Assembly: GCF_001194135.2 (NCBI RefSeq)
Contig: NC_068981.1
Span: 71,860,701-71,893,467, forward strand
Direction of reading: 5' to 3'
DNA from: Octopus bimaculoides
Taxonomy: Eukaryota
Length of the DNA stretch: 32,767 nt
The notes below the pieces were generated by a model. It saw only the letters and a list, made by a program, of their open reading frames with translations. It was not told the DNA's origin and did no database searches. Shown one piece after another: positions 22,336 through 32,432 of the stretch (its first letter is position 1; the number at the start of each line of letters is the position of its first letter). A program made the position numbers and the translations under genes.

Positions 22336-22699
22336 CATGAGTGCACACATGCGTATACAGTGCACTGTATCAGCCATTATGTTGGCAATTTTGGTCATGT
22401 CATAGTTCAGCTCTGGTCATTGGGTTATGCAACAGCTATTTTACCTAGAAGCTGGAGAATAAGAGGGATCAAATGACCTTTGCTGAATTCATTCTGGTTT
22501 GCACCAGTATAGGTTTAAGCTAAATGATTTTCCAATCTATAATTTTTTATAGAAGTACAACCCCCCCCCCCCTCAAAAAACTTATGATGGTAGTTGAAGT
22601 TGTAGTCATTTCCACATTTAAATATATATAGCAATCATTTTTTGTGAAAGAAGTTAGTGTGAGCATGTTTGGTGAGAAAAAACCAGTATTAGTTAACAA

Positions 22700-22812
22700 T
22701 TAATATTGATTTCAAATTTTGGCACAAGTCCAGCAATTTCAGGGGAGGAAGTAAGTTGAGTAGATCAACCCTAGTACTCAACTAGTACTTATTTTATCAA
22801 CCTTGAAAGGAT
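22700..22812 (-). mobile_element. SINE family B, 3' fragment
   Basis: rc catcctttcaaggttgataaaataagtactagttgagtactagggttgat...cccctgaaattgctggacttgtgccaaaatttgaaatcaat. Confidence 0.7.
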
Positions 22813-24521
22813 GGTTAATGCTTAATATTAGTTTCTGGTAACTATAGGAAACAGCTCCTGTCATGTTTTAATTTTGTTGTGGTCTCTTCAGGAAAATATA
22901 ATCTCCTTAGACTTGTTGAAGTAGAGTTGTATGAATCACTAAGTTAATATACAGGATCATACATTTATCGGCTTGAAAGATAGAATTGTTTTTAGAGATT
23001 AAGTAATTTAGAGATGCTATCTGCCTGAAAAATGACAGATAAGTTAGTTTTAATATATTTAACTTGAATATATTTAAGGGGAGAAAAAAAGAACAACAAA
23101 ATTAATCTGTGTCTAATATTTTCATTTTTGCCAGCTACAAAGAGAACTAATTTTATCACAAAACAAAGTATAGCAATTTTTTTTTATACAGAATGTATAT
23201 TATAATATAATAAGGTTTTGTGTGCTATGTTGATATATAGTTTGGTAAGATACAGAGCAATATGGTGTATACAACAATTCAATAAAATATATTGAAATAC
23301 ACTGAGAAATATATGAAGAAAACTAATTATTTTCATGTATGAAACTGTAGACAAAATTTCACCTAACACTGTCTCTCCGTTGAAGAAATACCCCTTAAAA
23401 TATTTGCTTTCGGTTGTATTTCTACTTTGGATAAGCTATATAAGAAGTGAGTTAGTATAAGCATTAGGTAGTGAAAGTGACAGAATTCCAACAAGGAAAG
23501 AAGTTTCGGAGCAAGTAACTGATAATAGAAGTAGGCCAAGCAAACTGTTGAGTAAGATAATTTGACATGACTACCAAAGAGCTAACATAAGACAGAGGTT
23601 GTATACTGATGGGGATTTGGCACGAAACTGAGAATATAAATTTCTGGTGGGATTCTTACTCTAAACTGAATTTGGGTATTGGCCAAAGATTGAATATATA
23701 ACTATGTGTCTTGTTAGTGTTTGAAAAAAACTTTTTTAAAAAATGCTCTTTATTTTTTTTTTTTTATAAAAAGAAAGAAAATTGCAGTGTGATAATTTTC
23801 ATCTTTGAAAAAAAAAAAAAAAACCAGAAAAAGGAAACAAAATGTATTGACTGTGGAAGATGTTAACAAAGTTTATGATTGATAATTAATTCTTGATGGT
23901 CACTCTATGGTAACTCATGTGTTTTCTGTTTACCTGTTACTCTAGTTTTCAATTCCTACATCAGAGATATTTTTCTGTTCAGTACATTCTTCTGTCTTAA
24001 CATTTCTATTTTTCTCATTGTTTTTAACCCACTATAATTATAACAATGAGTAACTATCTTTGTTTAATAAGAGCAACACTTTATTTGGCTGATGATAAAT
24101 GGTTGCTTATAGCAATATTTTCCAACCAGGTTGGGTTGTTATCTTATTTTTGAATCAGACATTTTCATATTAGAAATCAAAAAGAAGTTATCCTTTTAAC
24201 AGAGCTCATCAACTACAGTTACATTTAAAAACTGAATATTTGTTTATATTAATATATACTTTAAGAAACATGTAATATTCAAATTGGTGTGATTTTACAT
24301 TTTTATTCACATTTCAGTATGGTTGACAACAAGAGGTGCTGCCATACTTTTGGCAGTTACAAATCCCTGTTGGAAATGTTTGAAGTCATATTTATATTTC
24401 TAACACCTTAAGCAAAATATATGACACTTCGCATTCTCTTTCCTTGAAATTCAAGAATTCAAGTAATTTATGTGATAAATTATGATTCAAATCTTATTTG
24501 AATGATTTGCATCATCTAAAC

Positions 24522-24665
24522 CAGGCATAGGTAACCTCTTTTGAGAAGGGGGCCACATGAGACATTGCTCATTATGCAAGCTGCACTACTAAAAAAAATT
24601 TAAGGTAATTTTTCATTAGGCATGCCATTCAGAAAGTCTTGCAGGCCTCAGTTTGCTCACGACTG
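24522..24665. mobile_element. hAT MITE (144 bp)
   Basis: Ends caggcataggtaacct / agtttgctcacgactg (about 10/16 inverted match). The 8-bp flanks atctaaac / atttaaac match at 7/8. Subterminal gggccac / gcaggcc. Confidence 0.7.
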
Positions 24666-25799
24666 ATTTAAACATTATCTGCATCTTGTTTAAATGAAGG
24701 ACACACTAATTTTAGTGTTATATATAAGTGTATATATATTATATAGTATGGTTGTATTTTCTTTTATGTATAAACAAAAAGAAACATTAATAAAAAGAAC
24801 CCCAAAAATAGATAAGTAAATAAAAAAAAGTGTCTTGTGAATGACTGGTGGATAAAATGCTTTAAAGGATAGTTAATGAGGAGTTTGAAATGTTGAAAGT
24901 TAGAAAGTTAGAATATCTCAAGAAATACAATGCCATTTTTGGAATAAGTGTGGGTAGTGGGAAGTAGACAAGTAGGCACAATAAGTAGGTTCAAGTAGCA
25001 AACTCTGAAGAACAGTTTGCTATAGTTGTAATAGAAGAGGCATCCTGTTCTTCATTAGATTCTTTTGATTAAAACTTTATGTCTATATGAGAAGATGTAT
25101 TTAAACACATGGGAATAAAAGCAGAATAAAATCAGCTGGGTTTTTCAAAATATTTCTTTGAAAATTTTCAGATTCATATAATTAATTTACGGAGAATGTC
25201 TCAGTCATACATAAAAATATTTCCTTACAGCTGCAGTCGTCTTAACTGATTATCAATTTGATTAATCTCTGGAATTTTGTTTTAAGAAGATTATTCCATT
25301 TGACTTTAGTGCTAGTTGTTACTTTCTTATTCAGTGCATCACCACCAAAACATTTTCTTTTTATTGTTACCTGCTCTGCTGTGAAATAAGTATAATGAAA
25401 GAAAAATTGGTTCCTTACTCAGTACACCCAGTGCTTATGTATGATATGAACTCATAATAATTTTAAACAGATATATTACTCAATGAACCATTGAAACTCC
25501 TTGCAAAAAATAAACAGCTTGATACTTTTTGTGACAAACAATATAAATAAGGAAAAATTTCTTCTTCCTTTACTCTGTTTTATTCTGTTTTACTTATTTT
25601 CATCTGTATAGCTTGCACTTAAGTTCATTCCAATTTTTACAATTTTAGATAATTAGAAGCTCTAGAGAAGTGCTTTGATAGAAACAAAACTTTAAATTGC
25701 ATTATTACTTTTAGTACTGTAAGTATTTCTTGTATCTGAAGTTACCATTAGATGAATACGAGAAATTTCCTTAAAACCCAAACAATGAATTATAAGAAA

Positions 25800-26930
25800 T
25801 GATGCTAGACAGGAAATAAGAAAATAGATTTATTCAGCATGAAAAAGAGGCTGAGAGCAAGAAGTTTAGTAATGTAGCAAAGAGAATGAGAGGTAGGAAC
25901 TATTCCAAATAGCTGAGCAGTGAGTTCATATGAACCAAAATTTAATTGACAATTGTGTCTGAAATGACAATTGTGTATTGTACGCAATGACTGAACAGTA
26001 AGGATCATGGAAGTATTATTCTGAGAAGTTATTAAAAACAAATCTTTGATAATGAAAATGACTAAATGAAAGTAGGGAAAAGCTGTTGGCTATCAAGCAT
26101 AGGTGTAGAGAATGTGAATGCATCGGTCTTTGTAGATATTATTCTAGTTAATCAAGTGGTTCTCAGAGCATTGGAATGAAATTACCATTGTAAACTGCTA
26201 CAAGAGCAAAGAAGATAGATGCACTGAAGGGGTGCAATTATAGTACATTAAACTGGAAAAGTAGTTGGAATAGGGTTAGAGAAACTGGAACAAGACAGAG
26301 TTAAATTATTTAAGTTACTGCTCGAATGTATGCAAGATCACACATGAAAAGCACCCATTATCTTCTCAGAGTAGTTGGTGTTAGGAAGGGCATCCAGCTA
26401 TAGAAACCATTCCAAATCAGACAGGAAACTAGTGCAGCCCTCTGGATTACCAGATCCAATCAAACCATCTAACCCATGCCAGCATGGAAAATGGATGTTA
26501 AATGATGGTGATGATGATGATGTTGTAGAACCACAATGCTCTCATTCTAGTGATCTTGACTAAACATAAATAACAATATAAGCCCTTTATTGATCAAGAG
26601 AAAACTTTTGATTGTGCTCCATATTCTGTATAGTTTGGTGGATACTTTTAGATTTAAGGTTAGATGTTCAAGATATAAAAGTGTTTTGTAAACAAAATAA
26701 TGGTTGAAAGCATGTTGTATAAAGAATTTAGAGTACAGGTTGCTGTTAATGAGGGCTCAGTTTTTAGTCCTATTTCATCTTATAATTCTTAAATCAATAA
26801 GGTTGGATTTAAAAACTAGGTGTTAATATGGATTTTAATATATTAATCATTTGATTTTCATATTAGAATCTTTCATAATACTGTTTAGAAAATGGTCATG
26901 CAATGGAATCTCTGACAGGAAATGAGGACT
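25800..26930 (+). mobile_element. old RTE-clade LINE relic (RT region), interrupted by a younger retroposon
   Basis: In order: ARQEIRK*IYSA..EAESKKFSNV, FQIAEQ..MNQN, WNEITIVNCYKSKED..NY..IKL, [insert], GRT..ALILV, FIDQEKTFDCAP, EFRVQVAVNEGSVFSP, RC*YGF*YINHLIFILES..FRKW. These match RTE motifs IVNCYKGKGD, GRSTTDAIF, FVDLEKAFDRVP, VGVHQGSVLSP and LLYADDL. Confidence 0.8.
26340..26524 (+). mobile_element. (ATG)n-tailed short retroposon, copy 2 (nested in the RTE relic)
   Basis: aaaagcacccatta...gttggtgttaggaagggcatccagctatagaaac...aacccatgccagcatggaaaatggatgttaaatgatggtgatgatgatg. Confidence 0.85.
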
Positions 26931-27260
26931 TTTGATGTGCTATCACTAGTGGAATGAAAATAGTCCAAGAAGTGCTCAGTTGGGAGACAAACACATTCAC
27001 AAAAATGCACATGTAGATATATACATATTTAAAGGTTAGTAGAGTTAAAGGTTGGAATCATCATCTAAGGGATAAAAATATCCCTTGTACTACTGGTATA
27101 ATTACCTATGTTAACCCTGGACATACATATGCAAGCATATTATGCTCATAGGTTACAAGTTATGACAAAAATAAACATGAGTTTATCTCGAATCAAATTT
27201 AAAGTAAACAGAAAATGGAGAATGTTTACTTTATATACATATTTATATATATAATGAGCT

Positions 27261-27400
27261 TCTTTCAGTTTCTACCTACCAAATCCACTCAAATGGGTCT
27301 GGTCAAACAGGGGCTATAGTAGACAACACTTACCCAAGGTACTACACATTGGGACTGAACTTGATTGGGAAGCAGGCTTCCTATCATAATACCACATCTA
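27261..27400 (-). mobile_element. SINE family A, 5' fragment
   Basis: rc gcttcccaatcaagttcagtccca...accttgggtaagtg..tctactatagcccc..gacc...gagtggatttggtaggtagaaactgaaag. A further matching piece (gggagacaaacac) lies at about 26982. Confidence 0.7.
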
Positions 27401-27983
27401 CTTACTGGTATTATAGTTTTGTAATCAGTTAATATTATTGATTTCTTTTGACCACATTCACCCAGAATAACATATTTTGTTCAGAGGAAGTGTAATAATC
27501 AGCTGAATAAAATCAAATTAATGCCAAAATAATCATAGAGGAAATTTGAACTTAAAATGTTAAATTAGGGAATTACTGACTGAGAAACAATTATTTAATA
27601 ATTTATGAAAAAATATTTCTATAGTTTTTATTTTATCAAACAATAAAATTTCAAGCTCATGTGATGTGATGCTAGGTAAAATAATTTGATGATATCAAAG
27701 GTTACAAAATCTTCTTACTTTAAAATACTTTCATACTTTTAATCTCTATATTTTTTCTATTCTCATTTGTGATTTTTTAAAGCGTCTGTTTAAGTAGCTG
27801 TAGTTGAAAAAATAAATTTTGACAGAATGGACAATAGAGACATGGATGAATTATAAGAGAGATGTTTGGAAAGAGGGACATACTAGAGGGGTGAATCATA
27901 GAGAAGTAAATGATTGATATTTTTGAGAAATGAGAAGCTACCCAAGAGGACAAAGATGAAGACTTAACAATATGGATATGTCT

Positions 27984-28215
27984 GTGTGTGTGCTTGTGTG
28001 TGTGTGTGCTTGTGTGTGTGTGTGCTTGTGTGTGTGTGTGCTTGTGTGTGTGTNNNNNNNNNNGCTTGTGTGTGTGTGTGCTTGTGTGTGTGTGTGTGTG
28101 TGTGAGAGAGAGTGTGTGTGCATGTGTGTGTATGTGTGTGTGCATTATTTGGGTATGCGTATGTATGTATATGTATACCCATATACATGCACACACAAGT
28201 ATATGTATATGTATA
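27984..28215. repeat. compound (TG)n satellite with a higher-order (GTGTGT..GCTT) unit of about 12-14 nt, 10-N gap, then (GA)/(TATG)
   Basis: tgtgtgtgtgctt repeated about 6 times around the gap at 28054-28063. Confidence 0.9.
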
Positions 28216-28746
28216 AATATTTGTATCCTGCCAAACCTCTGACCTTAATTCTTATCTACCTGTTGATCACCTCTCTTTCCCACACATTTCAATAATCTCA
28301 ACTCTCTATCAGTCATACCTCACTCCATCTCTTACCTCTCCACTACCTATGAAGCTCACAAACTATAAATGTTTGCTCTGCATACTGTCACAATGTTCTA
28401 CCTCTCCATCCTTCACTAAACCTATGTATGAGAGACTACAGTCCATCCTGATTGTTCTACCTGTGCCCAGTTTCTCTTCCTCCACCCATCTTGCTATTTC
28501 AATAATCACTCGACCAATCATACCTCTCATTTCACCAGTTGTGATGCTCACTCATTCTTGCACTACCACCCATCACTCCCTCTTTTCCTCTCATTGTCCT
28601 CCCCGACAGTTCTTCACCTCAACACCCTCTCATCCGTCCAGTTTTCCCACAATGAAACACCCCCACTCCTTCCTCTGTATTTGGTTTAAACCAATTTACT
28701 AAAATTTGTTTAATGCTAAGTGTACACATCAAATGCAGAGGCAGAC

Positions 28747-29175
28747 TGCTCATTCAGAGGTATTGTCAAGTGTCCACAAAGAAGTCAATGTCATACCAAA
28801 GTTACTGTGTATGAGGCAAGTTAGCATCAAAGGATTCCAGTGGAACAATGCAGGTACAGAGATATGTAGGTACTACAGAATGACTCTTCAAAATCAGATT
28901 GAACAACCACAGCTCCTCTTTTAAAATCCAGGAGAGATGTAATATCACAACATTAGCAAGACACATATGGCTATTGAAAGATTATGCAACACAATATAAT
29001 GTAATGTCAACTGGAGGATACTGGAAAAGTGCAGACCATGCTTCAACAGCAGAGATGTAAATTTTGTTTAGTAGAGGGAAAAAAAACTGATAAGAAGATT
29101 CCCTCCATCTAAGGGCATACCTGAAATCTAAAAGCAAGTTGTTTCTTCCTTGTTCTCATGAACAAGTATATACCT
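28747..29175 (+). mobile_element. Penelope-like element relic: C-terminal GIY-YIG endonuclease (Naiad-like)
   Basis: With frameshifts and one internal stop: CSFRGIVKCPQRSQCHTKVTVYEA...RYVGTTE*LFKIRLNNHSSSFK....ITTLARHIWLLKD...YNV.WRILEKCRP...RCKFCLVE...LKSKSKLFLPCSH.NKY. This follows the PLE pattern CxCx5CP..C..VVY..YVG..FK.R..NH..SF..LS.HIW.LK..W.IL..C.LC..E..LN.R.EL...C.H. Confidence 0.8.
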
Positions 29176-29744
29176 TAACTAGCTGGTTAGTTCCACCCTA
29201 GCAGTAAGTTTTGTTACCCTACAATAAATAATGGGTTGGTTTTCTCTATACCCAGCACTTAGACACACCCATACATATATGTTAACATACATGCCCTTCA
29301 AAAGTCTCTTCTCCCCATTGAAATCTCTTTGTTTTCTTGCCCACCCATACTCTGCACATCACCCCGCTCCCTGTTCATCCAATAACCCCATATACAAAAA
29401 CTAGGTTAGACAGTTACCACTCAAATGCTGACATGCTGAAGAATGACTAAAAGAAATCAATCAAATGGACATAACTCTAATGAATCTAAGAGCCAGCCTA
29501 AATTTTTCGAGATGTTCTGACTGTTTCATATATGTGTTGTTTATTTTTGACAATGTCTCTGAGACCTATAAACTAGATGTCGTGGTTTCACACCTCTACT
29601 TATTAAGAACCCCAATTATAGTATTCTATTCATCCATGTGTGATGATTGGTCATTTACCTTTCCACAGTTAGCTGGTTCTTCAACGTGAAACTATTTAGT
29701 AACATTAATTAGCTGTTATGAAACTAAATTTATAAGATATAAAT

Positions 29745-29971
29745 ATGTATGTATGTATGTATGTATGTATGCATGTATGTATGTGTATGTGTATACATAT
29801 ACACATATACATACATACATATGTATGTGTATGTGTATATTTACAAATACATTCCCTCTCTCTTTGGGAGAGAGGCACAAGCACATACACAGACATATAC
29901 ACACACGGCAGTAACTTCCGCCTACCAAATTCAATCACAAAGCTTCAGTCAGCTGTATGTATGTATGTATA

Positions 29972-30055
<84 letters not shown>
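29745..30055. repeat. (TATG)n, (CATA)n, (TA)n, (CA)n microsatellite cluster
   Basis: Direct reading; source of several YIYI/VCMY ORFs. Confidence 0.92.
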
Positions 30056-30056
<1 letters not shown>

Positions 30057-30057
<1 letters not shown>

Positions 30058-30321
30058 AGCACCATCTGAACATGGCTGATGCCAGACCCACCTTACTGGT
30101 GGCACGTAAAAGCATCATCCAAATGTGGTCAATGCCAGTCCCCTCTGGCCCCTGTGCCGGTGGCATGTAAAATCCACCCACTACACTCTTGGAGTGGTTG
30201 GCGTTAGGAAGGGCATCAAGCTGTAGAAACACTACCAGATCAGATTGGAGCCTGGTGCAGCCTCCTGGCTTGCCAGACCCCCAGTCAAACCATCCAGCAA
30301 TGATGAAGATGATGATAATGA
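30057..30321 (+). mobile_element. (ATG)n-tailed short retroposon, copy 3
   Basis: Two tandem 5' units (..atggctgatgccag..ggtggcacgtaaaagcatc / ..gtggtcaatgccag..ggtggcatgtaaaatccac), then ggttggcgttaggaagggcatcaagctgtagaaac and a gatgat tail. Confidence 0.85.
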
Positions 30322-30324
30322 TAC

Positions 30325-30374
30325 ATATACACATATATATGTGTGAGTGTGTGTGTATGTATATATATACATAC

Positions 30375-30406
<32 letters not shown>

Positions 30407-30445
30407 NNNNNNNNNNAACACACACACACACACACACACACACAT
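30325..30445. repeat. compound TA/TG/CA microsatellite with a 10-N gap (30407-30416)
   Basis: Direct reading. Confidence 0.93.
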
Positions 30446-30461
30446 ATTTATATGAATGATA

Positions 30462-30789
30462 ACACAAATGGGTTGCAGTTCACTACAGCCGTTTCAGATG
30501 TGTTCTTTATTGACGAACAAAATTGTTTCATCATGCAAAAAACAAAAACAAAACAAAAAAAAACATTTTCATCAAGTGAAGACTGGTAAGAATTAACAAC
30601 AAGAACTCTCCTATCGAAATCAGTCCAGTCAAGTCATCTGGCACTATGTTCGGTTTGTGAGAAGTTCCTATTGTTAATTCTTACCTGTACACATCTGATG
30701 AAAACAAGATTTTTGCATGGTGTAACAGTTTTGTTCATCAATAAAGAACATGTCTGAAACAGCTGTAGTTAACTGCAACCCATCTATGT
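30462..30789. mobile_element. foldback MITE (about 330 bp) with about 140-150-bp imperfect TIRs
   Basis: Left arm acacaaatgggttgcagttcactacagccgtttcagatgtgttctttattgacgaacaaaattgtttcatcatgcaaaaa vs rc of right arm acatagatgggttgcagttaactacagctgtttcagacatgttctttattgatgaacaaaactgttacaccatgcaaaaa (about 10 mismatches in 80 nt). The match continues to ggtaagaattaacaa..gaac. TA on both sides (30460-30461, 30790-30791); spacer of about 48 nt. Confidence 0.85.
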
Positions 30790-31532
30790 TATTTATTCTT
30801 CATCTAACTTGGAACCTTCCATACATTTGGATCTGGAGTCTATAGTTGACATGAAATATATGCAGTGGGTGTACTCCTGTATGACTTTGATAACACATGT
30901 ATTCAGTCTATTACTTGTGAATGTATGCATAACTGGAAGAACAAATCTGTATTTACTTTAGTAAGTATGTATATGTCAGTATATATTGTTGGTATACAGG
31001 TGTGCTATCTCCAACTCTACCCTGGTGCTTTTACTTTTTAAATACCTGATATTTTCAAATCCTGAAAAGTTACACACACACACACACATATTCATGCATT
31101 TATGTATAAATTTCATTGTACTTTTGACTAAAATACTTAACCCTTAGAACTTATTCAATCAAAAAGTTGAATAATTAAAATAGCTCTTGAATAATTAAAA
31201 TGACTCTTCTAAAATAAACCATAATAAAGACACAATTATTGCTATCAAATTTCCCACGGCTAAAACATTTCTTTTTATTCATTAATCTATAATAGAAAAG
31301 CAAAGCACATGGATGGACAGCTTTTAAGTTTAATGTTGTTAATAAGGTTCAGGTAGTGCTAAGAATGAATGATAATCGTAACTAAGACAAAAGAATTCTA
31401 ATTTCTTTGTTATATTTTATTAAGTGTCTCACATTTCTGATTTGAAATCCTCTTGGAACAAATTAAAATTCACTATAATTCTCTCTGATTAAATATATTT
31501 TTCTCAAAAGATATCTTAAATTTTAAAGAGTT

Positions 31533-31851
31533 AAAGACCCCTCTTTGGTCATGAATGACTATAGGATTACATGTAGAAAGTTACCCTCCGAGGCACAAGT
31601 CCAGGCAAGGTTGTTTACAGAAGACAAGAAGTGACCCTTGCATACCAGCCTCCCCTCTCCACACCACCGATGTTATCTAAGGGAAAGGCAGGGGCCAGTA
31701 TGGCTTGGCACCAGTGACGTCACAACTCATTTCTACAGCTGAGTGAACTGGAGCAAAAAAAGAAAATGTCTTGCTCAAGAACACAACTTGGTCTGGGAAT
31801 CGAAACTCACTATTGTAAGCCTGATGTTCTAACCACTAAGCCATGTGCCTT
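31533..31851 (-). mobile_element. tRNA-derived SINE family C with a CORE-like central block
   Basis: rc gaaggcacaTGGCTTAGTGGttag (A box)...gaGTTTCGATTCCc (B box), then gtgttcttgagcaagacatttt...ttgctccagttcactcagctgtagaaatgag, and a distinct 3' tail ending ...tcattcatgaccaaagaggggtcttt. Confidence 0.8.
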
Positions 31852-32313
31852 CACATCTTAAATATATTATTCTATAAAAAATACATGAGTGAATACATGC
31901 ACCAAAATATGAAATATGTCTTATCAAAAAAGATTAGGTTATTCAGAAAACGATGAAAATATGAACATTAAAATTTTGAAAAAATTGTGCCTGAACAATG
32001 ATTAATGTCTGTAGAAAATGTATTAGTAACCATATGGGTGTCTTTTAGTCTGAAATGTAAGATGTAAACAAGAGCAATGTAAACTTAATATAGTTGTTAC
32101 ACTTATATATTATTTAACTAAACGTATGGAAGTGTCTAGCAGAAATATACTGCTGTTTTCTTCATAGGTATCATTTTACAAAGTTTGGTACAGCAAGCTC
32201 ACTTCTGTTTGCTCTACTTTATATTAAGCTAATCCCAAAATATAGTAACCTGAGTCTGCTTTATCAAAAATAGAGAAGTCATCAGACTTCACTGTAAAGA
32301 AAACTAAACAAGA

Positions 32314-32428
32314 TGTATGTATGTATGTATGTATGTATGTATGTATGTATGTACGTATGTGCATACGTATGTATGTATGTATGTATATTATAAATATGTG
32401 TATATATATGAATATTTATATATATATC
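32314..32428. repeat. (TATG)n + (TA)n microsatellite
   Basis: Direct reading. Confidence 0.95.
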
Positions 32429-32432
32429 ATTC

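Noticed and set aside
22355-22370. Perfect 16-bp palindrome ATACAGTGCACTGTAT next to the hAT truncation point
   Set aside because: It is a single short palindrome with no supporting context and could be chance.
25371-25378. Minus-strand 8-nt microexon-like site (strong pyrimidine tract, CAG|GTAACA); similar 16-nt site at 31046-31061
   Set aside because: Such short AG..GT pairs are expected by chance in AT-rich DNA, and there is no supporting evidence.
28260-28680. Strongly pyrimidine-skewed tract (similar skew at 1620-1860 and 24840-25050) and ORF 28349-28702
   Set aside because: No recognisable motif. Probably decayed retroelement or low-complexity sequence, possibly PLE-related, but I cannot support a call.
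28880-28882. In-frame TGA in the PLE endonuclease as selenocysteine
   Set aside because: It is not at a conserved Cys position in an otherwise decayed, frameshifted copy, and no credible SECIS hairpin was seen at 29180-29700.
27777-30589. Many HTHT/CVCV/YIYI ORFs (also at 42-329, 5867-6093, 14110-14298)
   Set aside because: They are translations of dinucleotide and tetranucleotide repeats.
31785-31851. tRNA genes at SINE heads (also 14719, 13254, 10482)
   Set aside because: They have A/B-box-like motifs but no full cloverleaf, and they continue into repeated SINE bodies.
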